Below are positions 31,384 to 40,319 of a DNA stretch of 64,000 bases, one piece after another. How positions within the stretch are numbered: position 1 is the first letter of the stretch; each line of letters begins with the position of its first letter. Location: assembly GCA_965215605.1 (NCBI GenBank), contig OZ244070.1, positions 3,424,001 to 3,488,000 on the forward strand, written 5' to 3'. A program made the translations under genes and the position numbers. The notes beneath the pieces were generated by a model. The model did no database searches. It was not told the DNA's origin and saw only the letters and a list, made by a program, of their open reading frames with translations. The stretch comes from an uncultured Candidatus Binatia bacterium. GTDB lineage: Bacteria; Desulfobacterota; Binatia; UBA9968; JAJDTQ01.

Positions 31384-32313
31384 ATGGACCATCGCATGCT
31401 CGGGATCGCCTGCGTCGTCGGCGCGGTGACCATCTTCATCCTCCAGGATGCCACCGTCAAGTGGCTGAGTGGGACCTATCCGCTGCATGAGATCGTCCTG
31501 GTGCGGGCCGCCAGCGCGGTGGCGGTCACGTTGTTCGCCATGCGTCTCGAAGGCGGCTTCCGGCTATGGCGCACCCGCCGCGTCCCTCTCATTCTGGCCC
31601 GTTCCACCCTGCTGGTCATCGTCAACAGCACGTTTTTCCTCGGTCTCGCCTCCATGAGCATCGCCGAGGCCACGTCGATCTTCTTCATCTCGCCGGTGCT
31701 GATCACCGCGCTGACGGCGCTCGTGCTGCGGGAGACGGTGGGCCTCCGCCGCTGGGCCGCGGTGTGCGTGGGCCTCGCGGGCGTCATCGTGATGCTTCGT
31801 CCCGATGACGGCGCCGTGCGGCTGGTGGCGCTGTTCCCCCTGGCCGCTGCCTGCTGCTACGCGTGCATGCAGATCATGACCCGCCGCCTCGGGACCACCG
31901 AGCGCGCCTCCACCATCTCCTTCTATTCCCAGATGGGCTTCATCGCCGCGAGCGTCACCATGGGGCTCGTGGCGGGAGACGGGCGGTTCTCCCCCAACGA
32001 CGGCGCGAGCCTTTCGTTCCTGCTGCGGGCCTGGACGGTCCCGTCAACCGCTGACGGCGCTCTCTTCATCGGCATCGGCGTCCTCAACGGAACCGCCAGC
32101 TACCTCATGTCCCAGGGATACCGCGTCTCGGTGCCCGCGGCGCTGGCGCCGTTCGAGTACGTGGCGCTGCCCATGTCGGTGTTCTGGGGGGTGCTGTTCT
32201 TCGGCGACTGGCCGGACGCGGTGACCTATACCGGGATGGCGCTGGTCTGCGGTGGCGGCCTCTACGTGCTGAACCACGAAAGGATCCGCAGACGGCGTCG
32301 CCGTGTCAGCTGA
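31384..32313 (+). CDS. DMT/EamA family transporter
   Basis: about 10 TM segments, LRETVGLRRWAAVCVGLAGV, ALAPFEY. Confidence 0.9.
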   Translation: MDHRMLGIACVVGAVTIFILQDATVKWLSGTYPLHEIVLVRAASAVAVTLFAMRLEGGFRLWRTRRVPLILARSTLLVIVNSTFFLGLASMSIAEATSIFFISPVLITALTALVLRETVGLRRWAAVCVGLAGVIVMLRPDDGAVRLVALFPLAAACCYACMQIMTRRLGTTERASTISFYSQMGFIAASVTMGLVAGDGRFSPNDGASLSFLLRAWTVPSTADGALFIGIGVLNGTASYLMSQGYRVSVPAALAPFEYVALPMSVFWGVLFFGDWPDAVTYTGMALVCGGGLYVLNHERIRRRRRRVS

Positions 32314-32390
32314 TTGCGAGCAGGACGATCCATGGTTTATCTTGCGGAACACTGCGGGGGATTCTCTTGAACGTCGAGGAGAAGAAGAAC

Positions 32391-33251
32391 ATGGACAAGA
32401 AGGAGAAGGCGAAGAAACGGAAAGGCAAGGAGGGCAAGGGGGCGTCGCACCGGCTCGGGAAGATCGACAACAAGCGCTACGAGAAGGAGTTGCTCCGGCT
32501 CCAGATCGAGCTCGTGACCATGCTCGAGTGGGTCAAGGAGAGGGGGCTCAAGGTCGTGGTCTTGTTCGAGGGCCGCGACGCTGCGGGCAAGGGCGGCGTC
32601 ATCAAGCGCATTACCCAGCACCTGAGCCCCCGCATCTGCCGGGTGGTGGCCCTGCCGGCGCCCACCGAGCGCGAGCAGACCCAATGGTATTTCCAGCGCT
32701 ACGTCCCTCACCTTCCGGCGGCCGGAGAGATGGCCCTGTTCGATCGGAGCTGGTACAACCGCGCCGGCGTCGAGCGGGTCATGAACTTCTGCAGCGATGA
32801 AGAGTACCGCGAGTTCCTGCGTACGTGCCCGCAGTTCGAGCGCATGCTCATTCGATCGGGCATCATTCTGATCAAATACTGGTTCTCCATATCGGACGAA
32901 GAGCAGGAAAGGCGCTTCCAGAACCGACTCAAGCTCAGGCATAAACGCTGGAAGCTGAGCCCCATGGACCTGGAGTCGCGGCGCCGCTGGATCGATTATT
33001 CCAGGGCCAAGGACGAGATGTTCAGTTACACCGACACCAAGGAGGCTCCCTGGTACGTGGTCGATGCCGACGTGAAAAAGCACGCGCGGTTGAACTGTAT
33101 CCACCACCTGCTGAGCACGATCCCGTATCAGGATTTGGAGCCGGAGCCCATCGAACTCCCTGAACGCACGGAGGCCGGCTCGTACCTCCGCCCGCCCTTC
33201 ACCGATCAGACCTTTGTCCCGGAGGTATATCCGGGAACCGGAGAGAAGTAG
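32391..33251 (+). CDS. ppk2: polyphosphate kinase 2
   Basis: FEGRDAAGKGG, FDRSWYNRAGVERVM, WKLSPMD. Confidence 0.96.
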   Translation: MDKKEKAKKRKGKEGKGASHRLGKIDNKRYEKELLRLQIELVTMLEWVKERGLKVVVLFEGRDAAGKGGVIKRITQHLSPRICRVVALPAPTEREQTQWYFQRYVPHLPAAGEMALFDRSWYNRAGVERVMNFCSDEEYREFLRTCPQFERMLIRSGIILIKYWFSISDEEQERRFQNRLKLRHKRWKLSPMDLESRRRWIDYSRAKDEMFSYTDTKEAPWYVVDADVKKHARLNCIHHLLSTIPYQDLEPEPIELPERTEAGSYLRPPFTDQTFVPEVYPGTGEK

Positions 33252-33281
33252 CGTCGGGACGCGACAGGGGGGTCGGATCGC

Positions 33282-34715
33282 TCAGCTTTGGGTTGAAAGG
33301 TGGGCGTCGATGTAGCCGATGCCTGCCGCGAGTCGCGCCAGGGTCACGTCCCGCCCCAGCACGTCGATGACCTCGTAGATTCCCGGGCTCACGGTCGAGC
33401 CGGTGAGCGCCACCCGCACCGGCTGGGCCACCTTGCCCAGTTTGATCTCCCGCTCCGCGATGATGTCGCCGAAGACCTGCTCGATGCCGGCGGCGTTGAA
33501 GTCGGCCAGGTTTCCCAGCCTGGCCGACAACTCCTGAAGCAGGGTCTTGGCCTCGGGAACCAGATGTTTGCGCCCGGCCTTCTCGTCGATGTCGACGGTA
33601 TCCGTGAGGAAATAGTGCGCCATCTCCACCAACTCCACCAGGGACTTGGCGCGTTCCCTCAGAGTTTCGACCATCCTTTCCAGCCACGGACGGTCGTCGG
33701 GGGTTGGGTAACCCTTCGCGGCGAGGTAGGGAAGTGCATCTTCGGCCAGACCGGACAGCGGTCGCTCCTTGAGGTAGTGGGCGTTGAGCCACAGCAGCTT
33801 CTCGGGGTTGAAGACCGCCGCCGACTTGCCTACGGCGTCGATGTCGAACTTCTCGACGAGCTCCCGAGCGTTGAATATCTCCTGGTCGCCGTGTGACCAG
33901 CCCAACCGCACCAGGTAGTTGTTCAGGGCTTCGGGATAGTAGCCCATGTCCCGGTAGGCCATGACCGAGGTGGCGCCGTGCCGCTTGCTGAGGCGTTTCT
34001 TGTCTTCGCCCAGGATCAGCGGCACGTGGGCGAACACCGGAGGCTCCGAGCCCAGCGCCTCGTAGAGTTGCATCTGCCGCGGCGTGTTGGACAGGTGGTC
34101 GTCGCCCCGGATGATGTGGGTGATGCCCATGTCGATGTCGTCGCACACCACGCAGAAGTTGTACGTGGGGCTGCCGTCCGACCGGGCGAGGATCAGGTCG
34201 TCCAGCTCCGTGTTATCGAAGTCGACCCGGCCCTTGACCTTGTCGTCCACCACCGTGGCGCCGCTCCCCGGCGACCGGAACCGGATGGTAAACGGGACAC
34301 CTTCCGGCAACGGCACCGCTGCCCGCTCCGCCGGCCGGCAGGTGCCGTCATACATCGGCTTGCGCTTGGCCTCCATCGCCGCCTGCCGCTTGGCGTCCAG
34401 GGTCTCAGGCGTGCATACGCAGGGATAGGCGTCCCCCGCGCTCAGCAGAGCACCGAGCCGCTCCTTGTAGAGCGCCATCCGTTCGGTCTGGTAGAACGGC
34501 CCCTCGTCCCACTCCAGTTGCAGCCATTCCATGCTCCGGAGGATGGCGTCGATGGCCTCCGGCGTGGAACGCTTGCGGTCCGTGTCCTCGATACGCAGAA
34601 CGAACTTACCGCCGGAGTGCCGCGCGTACAGGTAGTTGAACAGCGCCGTACGGGCGCCGCCGATGTGCAGGTACCCGGTAGGGCTGGGGGCGAAGCGTGT
34701 TCGGATTTCGGGCAT
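33282..34715 (-). CDS. gltX: glutamate--tRNA ligase
   Basis: [33 protein letters not shown]. Confidence 0.97.
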   Translation of the reverse strand: MPEIRTRFAPSPTGYLHIGGARTALFNYLYARHSGGKFVLRIEDTDRKRSTPEAIDAILRSMEWLQLEWDEGPFYQTERMALYKERLGALLSAGDAYPCVCTPETLDAKRQAAMEAKRKPMYDGTCRPAERAAVPLPEGVPFTIRFRSPGSGATVVDDKVKGRVDFDNTELDDLILARSDGSPTYNFCVVCDDIDMGITHIIRGDDHLSNTPRQMQLYEALGSEPPVFAHVPLILGEDKKRLSKRHGATSVMAYRDMGYYPEALNNYLVRLGWSHGDQEIFNARELVEKFDIDAVGKSAAVFNPEKLLWLNAHYLKERPLSGLAEDALPYLAAKGYPTPDDRPWLERMVETLRERAKSLVELVEMAHYFLTDTVDIDEKAGRKHLVPEAKTLLQELSARLGNLADFNAAGIEQVFGDIIAEREIKLGKVAQPVRVALTGSTVSPGIYEVIDVLGRDVTLARLAAGIGYIDAHLSTQS

Positions 34716-34798
34716 GGGAGTCGGTGGTTCGGGGGCAGGCCAGCGCCGCGTGGCGCGCAAGCCGTGCGGTTTGAGGCGTGTCCCGCCTGTGAGGCTCC

Positions 34799-34827
34799 TT
34801 GTTACTGGCGCACTCCGATATTGTCAA
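34799..34827 (-). promoter_or_regulatory. putative sigma70 promoter of gltX
   Basis: TTGACA, 17 nt, TAACAA on the minus strand. Confidence 0.5.
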
Positions 34828-34886
34828 ATCACACCGAGGCGGCGTGGCTGGCCGATGCGGGACGAGTATTCGCGGAAACCCGAAAT

Positions 34887-34915
34887 TTGACCCGGTCCGC
34901 CCCGTATGCCATATT
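34887..34915 (+). promoter_or_regulatory. putative sigma70 promoter of tRNA-Ser
   Basis: TTGACC, 17 nt, CATATT with TGn extension. Confidence 0.5.
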
Positions 34916-34934
34916 GCCGGTTCGTTCCTGCTTC

Positions 34935-35025
34935 GGAGAGATGGCCGAGCGGTCGAAGGCGCACGCCTGCTAAGCGTGTGTACCTCAAAAGGGTACCGAG
35001 GGTTCGAATCCCTCTCTCTCCGCCA
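34935..35025 (+). tRNA. tRNA-Ser(GCT)
   Basis: GGAGAGATGGCCGAGCGG, CACGC-CTGCTAA-GCGTG, long variable arm, GGTTCGAATCC, CCA. Confidence 0.97.
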
Positions 35026-35062
35026 CCCTTCCTTCAATGGTTTTCGTAGACGAGGTCAGCGG

Positions 35063-35266
35063 TTAGCCGAGATAACGGACCGTGGCCACAACCACGGCGG
35101 CGATGCTGACGACGATGCCGAGGATGCGCCATTCCCGGCTCGCGGCCCGCTGTTCCGATTCGCGCATGTCCCGCACCAGCCGACTCTCAAGCGAGCCGAT
35201 TCGCTCCACAACGCGGGTTTCCAGTTGTGCCAAGTCTTCACGTGTAGCGTAGTGGGTCATTTCCAT
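35063..35266 (-). CDS. small coiled-coil protein with C-terminal TM helix (DUF1640/Bdr-like architecture)
   Basis: MEMTHYATREDLAQLETR..LESRL, then WRILGIVVSIAAVVVATV. Confidence 0.65.
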   Translation of the reverse strand: MEMTHYATREDLAQLETRVVERIGSLESRLVRDMRESEQRAASREWRILGIVVSIAAVVVATVRYLG

Positions 35267-35430
35267 GGTGGGTGTTCTCTTGGTGGAATTCTGAACTGTA
35301 TGGTACCTTAACTGGAAGACGGTTTCAATGACCGAGCGCGGCTGTTTACCATCCACGGGCGGCGTGCCCGGGAGGCATTGCGGTTTCCCGGTCAGTGTGG
35401 TTAATTTCTCTCAGTTCTCCCCGACAATTT

Positions 35431-35507
35431 GCGCCCGTAGCTCAATTGGATAGAGCGCCAGACTACGGATCTGGAGGTTAGGGGTTCGACTCCCTTCGGG
35501 CGCGCCA
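35431..35507 (+). tRNA. tRNA-Arg(ACG)
   Basis: GCGCCCGTAGCTCAATTGGATAGAGC, CCAGA-CTACGGA-TCTGG, GGTTCGACTCC, CCA. Confidence 0.97.
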
Positions 35508-35625
35508 CTTTCGCAGCGTTGAACTCCCCGGGTTGGACCAGGATGGATGCTCAGGTAGCACCGGATCTTCCAAGGCTACTACTTCGACAAGATCGGCCGT
35601 GACAAGGACGAGCGCGATCGGCCCT

Positions 35626-36291
35626 CTACTCCTCCTCCAGCACCTGTAGCAGCAACGGCCGGTGTCCGAATTCGGGAGAACGGTTGCCCCGCCCGGGACA
35701 CGCGGACACCGCCACCAGGCAATCCCGTTCAGCCCGCAGTTCCAGGTAGTCTCCCGCCACGGAGTCGGCGGGCTCCTGGAACAGGCGATCTTCCTCGTCG
35801 ACGCCGGTCTTCATGAAGATGTTGAATGCGTCGTGGACGTCGTGGACGGTAAGACCATGAGGTTCGATGGCGCGCGTCAGGTTGTTCTGGCAGTTGGGCG
35901 CGTCATCGACGCCGCGAAGCTGCCACAGCTCCGAGCTGCAACGCGCCCACAGCAGGTCGTGGGAGATGCCGCGGCGCGGCGAGTCCATGGCCTCCACCGT
36001 ATCCGCGGTGATGGTGAACAGGACCTCCATGCTCGGTGAGGACCATAGCCGGTTTCCGGTGGACAGGTGCGTCCCTTCGAGGATCCGGGTGCGGCCGGAC
36101 CAGAACCGTTCCTTGAGGTCGGGAAGGCGCCACGCGTTGAAGTCGGCCACCTGGCCACCCTCCACGTCCACCACCCGGAGCCGTTGGCCGCACACGACGG
36201 TGCAGGCGGCGCCTCCGCCCGCGGGAACCTGAACGGAGTCGACTTCCCTGAGTTCCACGGCAGCTCTCCCTTCATCGATGTAGGCCTTCAT
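35626..36291 (-). CDS. DUF1989/urea carboxylase-associated family protein
   Basis: LRVVDVEGGQVADF, HDLLWARCS, NCQNNL, DAFNIFM, AVSACP. Confidence 0.88.
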   Translation of the reverse strand: MKAYIDEGRAAVELREVDSVQVPAGGGAACTVVCGQRLRVVDVEGGQVADFNAWRLPDLKERFWSGRTRILEGTHLSTGNRLWSSPSMEVLFTITADTVEAMDSPRRGISHDLLWARCSSELWQLRGVDDAPNCQNNLTRAIEPHGLTVHDVHDAFNIFMKTGVDEEDRLFQEPADSVAGDYLELRAERDCLVAVSACPGRGNRSPEFGHRPLLLQVLEEE

Positions 36292-36397
36292 TCTTCCAGC
36301 ATTGGCCGGCCGCGGCAACTCTTCGGGCCGGGTTGCGGATCAACGGGGGAGGGGCTATTTTCGATCAAGGGTTCGAATTTCGATAAAGGAGGCTGCC

Positions 36398-37171
36398 ATG
36401 ACACGTTCAAGACTACTTGTCGGGGTTTTGTTCATGGTGCTCGCGCTCCAGGCGGCGGCCGGCGCCGCCTACGCCCAGTCCATGAAGATCACCACCGCGG
36501 ACGTGGCCTATGACAACGGCAACGCCAAGGTCAGGGGCTACCTGGCCAAGCCCGCGGACAAGAAGGCGCGTCCCGGGCTGATCCTGATCCATGAGTGGTG
36601 GGGCCTGAACGACAACATCAAGGAGAACGCGCGCACGTTCGCCGAGTTGGGCTACGTGGCCCTGGCGGTGGACCTCTGCAACGGCGAGGTTGCGACGGAC
36701 AGGGACGGCGCGCGCAGGCTGGCCGGCGGCGTGCGCAAGAACACGGACGCGGCCTTCGCCAACCTGAAGCAGGCCGTGAGCTACCTCACCGGCCTCGAGG
36801 GCGAGGTGGATCCGGCCCGCGTCGCCTCGGTGGGCTGGTGCTTCGGCGGCGGCTGGTCGTACCAGATGGCCAAGAACGACCTCGGGGTGAAGGCGTCCGT
36901 GATCTACTACGGCCGCTTCAACCCCAAGGACGACCTCAGCCGGATGCGCGCCACCATCCTCGGGCACTTCGGCGAGACGGACCGGGGCATCAAGGTGGAC
37001 AACGTCCGGGAGTTTCAGGCGAAGCTCAAGACCCTGACGGGCGACCACATGGTCTTCATCTACCCCAACGCGGGGCACGCCTTCGCCAATGCCGACAGCG
37101 GCAATTACGACAAGGCGGCGGCGGAGACCGCCTGGAAGCGGACCATGGACTTCTTCCGGAAGCATCTGTAG
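36398..37171 (+). CDS. dienelactone hydrolase family protein with signal peptide
   Basis: IHEWWGLN, GWCFGG nucleophile, YPNAGHAF; SD AAGGAGG. Confidence 0.92.
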   Translation: MTRSRLLVGVLFMVLALQAAAGAAYAQSMKITTADVAYDNGNAKVRGYLAKPADKKARPGLILIHEWWGLNDNIKENARTFAELGYVALAVDLCNGEVATDRDGARRLAGGVRKNTDAAFANLKQAVSYLTGLEGEVDPARVASVGWCFGGGWSYQMAKNDLGVKASVIYYGRFNPKDDLSRMRATILGHFGETDRGIKVDNVREFQAKLKTLTGDHMVFIYPNAGHAFANADSGNYDKAAAETAWKRTMDFFRKHL

Positions 37172-37194
37172 CCGCCTGCAGGGAGGAGACTGAC

Positions 37195-37563
37195 ATGGCG
37201 CGCATCCGTCACATCGCCATCCTCACAGACCACAAGGAGAAGCTGGTGGAATATTACACCGGCGTGTTCGGACTCAAGGTGGTCAAGGGCGTGGGCACCG
37301 CCACCTATCTTTCGGACGGCCACGTGAATCTGGCCATCATCCCCAAGGGTCCGGAGGAGGAGGTGGAAGGCCATCCGCTGGAGAGCGGCCTCAATCACAT
37401 CGGCTTCGAAGTGGAGGATGTGCAGGCCGTAAAACCGTTGTCGGATCGGATGGGCGCCGCGGACGATGTCCGGAAGCGCCCGCCTGACCGTGAATCGGAG
37501 TACCGGGTCCAGGACCCGGACGGCAACCTGATCGACCTGTCGCAGCACGGCTGGCCGGTCTGA
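37195..37563 (+). CDS. VOC family protein
   Basis: MARIRHIAI, YLSDGHVNLA, GLNHIGFEVED, DPDGNLIDLS. Confidence 0.88.
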   Translation: MARIRHIAILTDHKEKLVEYYTGVFGLKVVKGVGTATYLSDGHVNLAIIPKGPEEEVEGHPLESGLNHIGFEVEDVQAVKPLSDRMGAADDVRKRPPDRESEYRVQDPDGNLIDLSQHGWPV

Positions 37564-37613
37564 GAGCGCCGCGCGCGTCCGGCGATCTTTCCGGACCTTC
37601 TTGGAGACCCTGT

Positions 37614-40208
37614 ATGGCTGAGCAGGAACGGGTGCTGCTGCCCGACGACGTTTCACCAAAGCGTTACGACATAACCCTCAAGCCTGACCTGGAGGGCTTT
37701 ACCTTCAGCGGCAGCGAGTCCGTGGACATCGAGGTGAAGGCGGCCACTCGCCGGGTGGTGCTGCACGTGGCGGAGCTGGATCTCCACACGGTGGTGCTGG
37801 AGCGGGACGGGGTGTCCCGTGAGCCGGAGCGCATCGAGGCCAACGAAGAAGAAGAGACTGTCACGTTCGTATTCGGCGAAGAGTTGCAGCCGGGTTCGGC
37901 GCGGCTGGTCGTCGAGTTCACCGGGCAATTGAACGACAAGATGCACGGCTTCTACCGCAGCGTCTACCGCTTGGAAGGCGAGGAGCGGATCATGGCCGTG
38001 ACCCAGTTCGAGGCCACCGACGCCCGGCGTGCCTTCCCGTGCTGGGACGAGCCGGCGCAAAAGGCCGTGTTCAAGGTGACGCTGGTGGTGCCGGAGGACC
38101 GGGTGGCGGTCTCCAACATGCCGCCGAGCGAGATCGAGACCGGGGACGACGGTCTCAAGACCGTGCGGTTCGCCGAGACCCCGGTGATGTCCACGTATCT
38201 GCTGGCGTTCGTCGTCGGCGAGTTCGACTACGTGGAGACGCAGACGGCGGAAGGCGTGACCGTGCGGGTGTACACTCCGGTGGGCCGGCGCGAGCAGGGA
38301 CGGTTCGCGCTGGACGTGGCCGCCCGGACGCTGTCGTTCTTCCACGAGTACTTCGCCATCGCCTATCCGTTGCCCAAGATGGACCTGCTGGCGATCCCGG
38401 ACTTCGCCGCCGGGGCCATGGAGAACTGGGGCGCGGTGACCTACCGGGAGACCGCGATTCTCGTGGACCCGGAGGAGTCCTCGGCGGGCACGCGCCAGCG
38501 GGTGGCCATTATCGTGGCCCATGAGCTGGCGCACCAGTGGTTCGGCAATCTCGTCACCATGGAGTGGTGGACGCACCTGTGGCTCAACGAGGGATTCGCC
38601 TCGTGGATCGAGTTTATGGCGGTGGACCACCTGTTCCCGGAATGGGACATGTGGACGCAGTTCGTTTTTTCCGACTTCGGCCGCGCCCTTTCCCTGGACG
38701 GGCTCAAGAGCTCGCACCCCATCGAGGTGGAAGTGCGGGACCCCAAGCAGATCAGCGAGATTTTCGACGGCATCAGCTACAGCAAGGGCGCCTCGGTGAT
38801 CCGGATGCTGGCCGCCTACCTGGGCGCGGAGCCGTTCCGCCGTGGGCTGCGGCGTTACCTCGGGCGGCATCAATACGCCAACGCCACCACCGAGGACCTG
38901 TGGCAGGCTCTGGCGGAGGAGTCCGGGCAGCCGGTGAAGCAGATCATGGACACCTGGACCAAGCAGACGGGCTACCCGCTGTTGTCCGTGGACATGAAGC
39001 AGGGGGAGGTGGAGCTGCGGCAGACGCGGTTCTTCCTGAGCGGCGTGCCGGATCGGGACGACGCCAGCCGGTGGTCGGTCCCCCTGGGCATACGAACGGG
39101 AGCGGGGGAGGACACGTTCCGCGTGGTGGAAGACGAGCGGGCGAGCATTGGCGTCGACGGAAGCAGCGGGGGGTGGTTGAAGGTCAATCCGGACCAGACC
39201 GGATTCTACCGCAGTACCTACAGCGCCGAGCTGTGGGACCGGCTGGCCCTGGCCGTGGAGGCCGGCGAGCTCGCGTCGGCCACGGACCGGCTCGGGCTGG
39301 AAAACGACGCGTTCGCGCTGGCCCGGGCGGGTTATCTGGATGCGGCCCGGCCTTTGGCCCTGGTGCCGGCCTATGGCAGCGAGACGCACTACACGGTGTG
39401 GGCGGACCTCTCGGAGAATCTCCGGGCCTACGACATCCTGTTGTCCGGCGAGCCCTGTCATCCGTCGTTCCGCGCTTTCGCCCGGAGCCTGTACCAGACC
39501 ATCTACGGGACTTTGGGATGGGACCCCCGGCCTGACGAAAGCCATCTCACGAAGCTGCTGCGGCCCATGGTCATCGGCCTTCTGGGGCGCTACGGCGACC
39601 CGGGGGTCAACGCCGAAGCCTTGCGCCGGTTCGATGAGGGGGTCCGGGATGCCACGCCGGTGGCGGCGGACCTGCGGGCTGCGGTGTATGGCCAGGTGGT
39701 GGAGAGCCGGGGCGTGGATGGGTATGAGGCCGTGCTGGGGATCTACCGTCAAGCCGAGCTCCATGAAGAGAAGAACCGCTGCCTGCGGGCGTTGGGATGC
39801 AGCACCGACCCGGCCGTGCTTCGGCGGACGCTCGACTTCGCGCTGTCCGGCGAGGTGCGCGGGCAGGACACCCCGCTGGCCGTGGCCGGCGTGGCCGCGA
39901 ACCCGTTGGGACGAGATCTGGCCTGGGATTTCCTGCGGGAGAAGTGGGCCGAGTTCGATCGTCGCTACGGCCAGGGCGGTTTCATCATCGCCCGCATCAT
40001 ATCCATCACCACCGAGGACTTCACCACCCTGGACAAGGCCCGGGAAGTGGAGCAGTTCTTCGAGTCGCATCCCGCGCCCGCCGCCGCGCGCACGGTGCGC
40101 CAGTCGTTGGAGCGGATTCGCTCCAACGCGCTGTGGCTCGAGCGCGACGGCGAGGCCATTGCAAAGTGGCTCGAAGCCGTTGCGCCGACGCCCATCGAGG
40201 GAACGTAG
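37614..40208 (+). CDS. M1 family aminopeptidase (PSA/ERAP1-like C-terminal domain)
   Basis: TQFEATDARRAFPCWDEP, GAMENWG, HELAHQWFG..E, YSKG. Confidence 0.95.
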   Translation: MAEQERVLLPDDVSPKRYDITLKPDLEGFTFSGSESVDIEVKAATRRVVLHVAELDLHTVVLERDGVSREPERIEANEEEETVTFVFGEELQPGSARLVVEFTGQLNDKMHGFYRSVYRLEGEERIMAVTQFEATDARRAFPCWDEPAQKAVFKVTLVVPEDRVAVSNMPPSEIETGDDGLKTVRFAETPVMSTYLLAFVVGEFDYVETQTAEGVTVRVYTPVGRREQGRFALDVAARTLSFFHEYFAIAYPLPKMDLLAIPDFAAGAMENWGAVTYRETAILVDPEESSAGTRQRVAIIVAHELAHQWFGNLVTMEWWTHLWLNEGFASWIEFMAVDHLFPEWDMWTQFVFSDFGRALSLDGLKSSHPIEVEVRDPKQISEIFDGISYSKGASVIRMLAAYLGAEPFRRGLRRYLGRHQYANATTEDLWQALAEESGQPVKQIMDTWTKQTGYPLLSVDMKQGEVELRQTRFFLSGVPDRDDASRWSVPLGIRTGAGEDTFRVVEDERASIGVDGSSGGWLKVNPDQTGFYRSTYSAELWDRLALAVEAGELASATDRLGLENDAFALARAGYLDAARPLALVPAYGSETHYTVWADLSENLRAYDILLSGEPCHPSFRAFARSLYQTIYGTLGWDPRPDESHLTKLLRPMVIGLLGRYGDPGVNAEALRRFDEGVRDATPVAADLRAAVYGQVVESRGVDGYEAVLGIYRQAELHEEKNRCLRALGCSTDPAVLRRTLDFALSGEVRGQDTPLAVAGVAANPLGRDLAWDFLREKWAEFDRRYGQGGFIIARIISITTEDFTTLDKAREVEQFFESHPAPAAARTVRQSLERIRSNALWLERDGEAIAKWLEAVAPTPIEGT

Positions 40209-40222
40209 GGGGCGGGTTTTCA
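40205..40222 (+). repeat. degenerate GTAG REP-like half-site overlapping the aminopeptidase stop
   Basis: GTAGGGGGCGGGTTTTCA resembles 2648-2676 and 4196-4224. Confidence 0.35.
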
Positions 40223-40319
40223 GGCTGGTCGAGTAAACTTGGCTTGACCATGCGCCGCGTTGATGTGTGACCGGCATGGAGGTCAATCCACACATCACGA
40301 ACGATCCGGGAGTTCTACG

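Noticed and set aside
31173-35507. Prophage or integrative element at the tRNA genes
   Set aside because: No integrase, phage gene or duplicated tRNA 3' end was seen in the window.
35540-35625. Coding-like stretch IFQGYYFDKIGRDKDER after tRNA-Arg
   Set aside because: Too short to assign; it may be a gene relic but cannot be supported without a search.
37653-40298. Long antisense or alternate-frame ORFs (also 16425-18689, 23659-25434, 61538-63979 and others)
   Set aside because: Typical shadows of GC-rich coding sequence; they overlap well-supported genes and show no family motifs.
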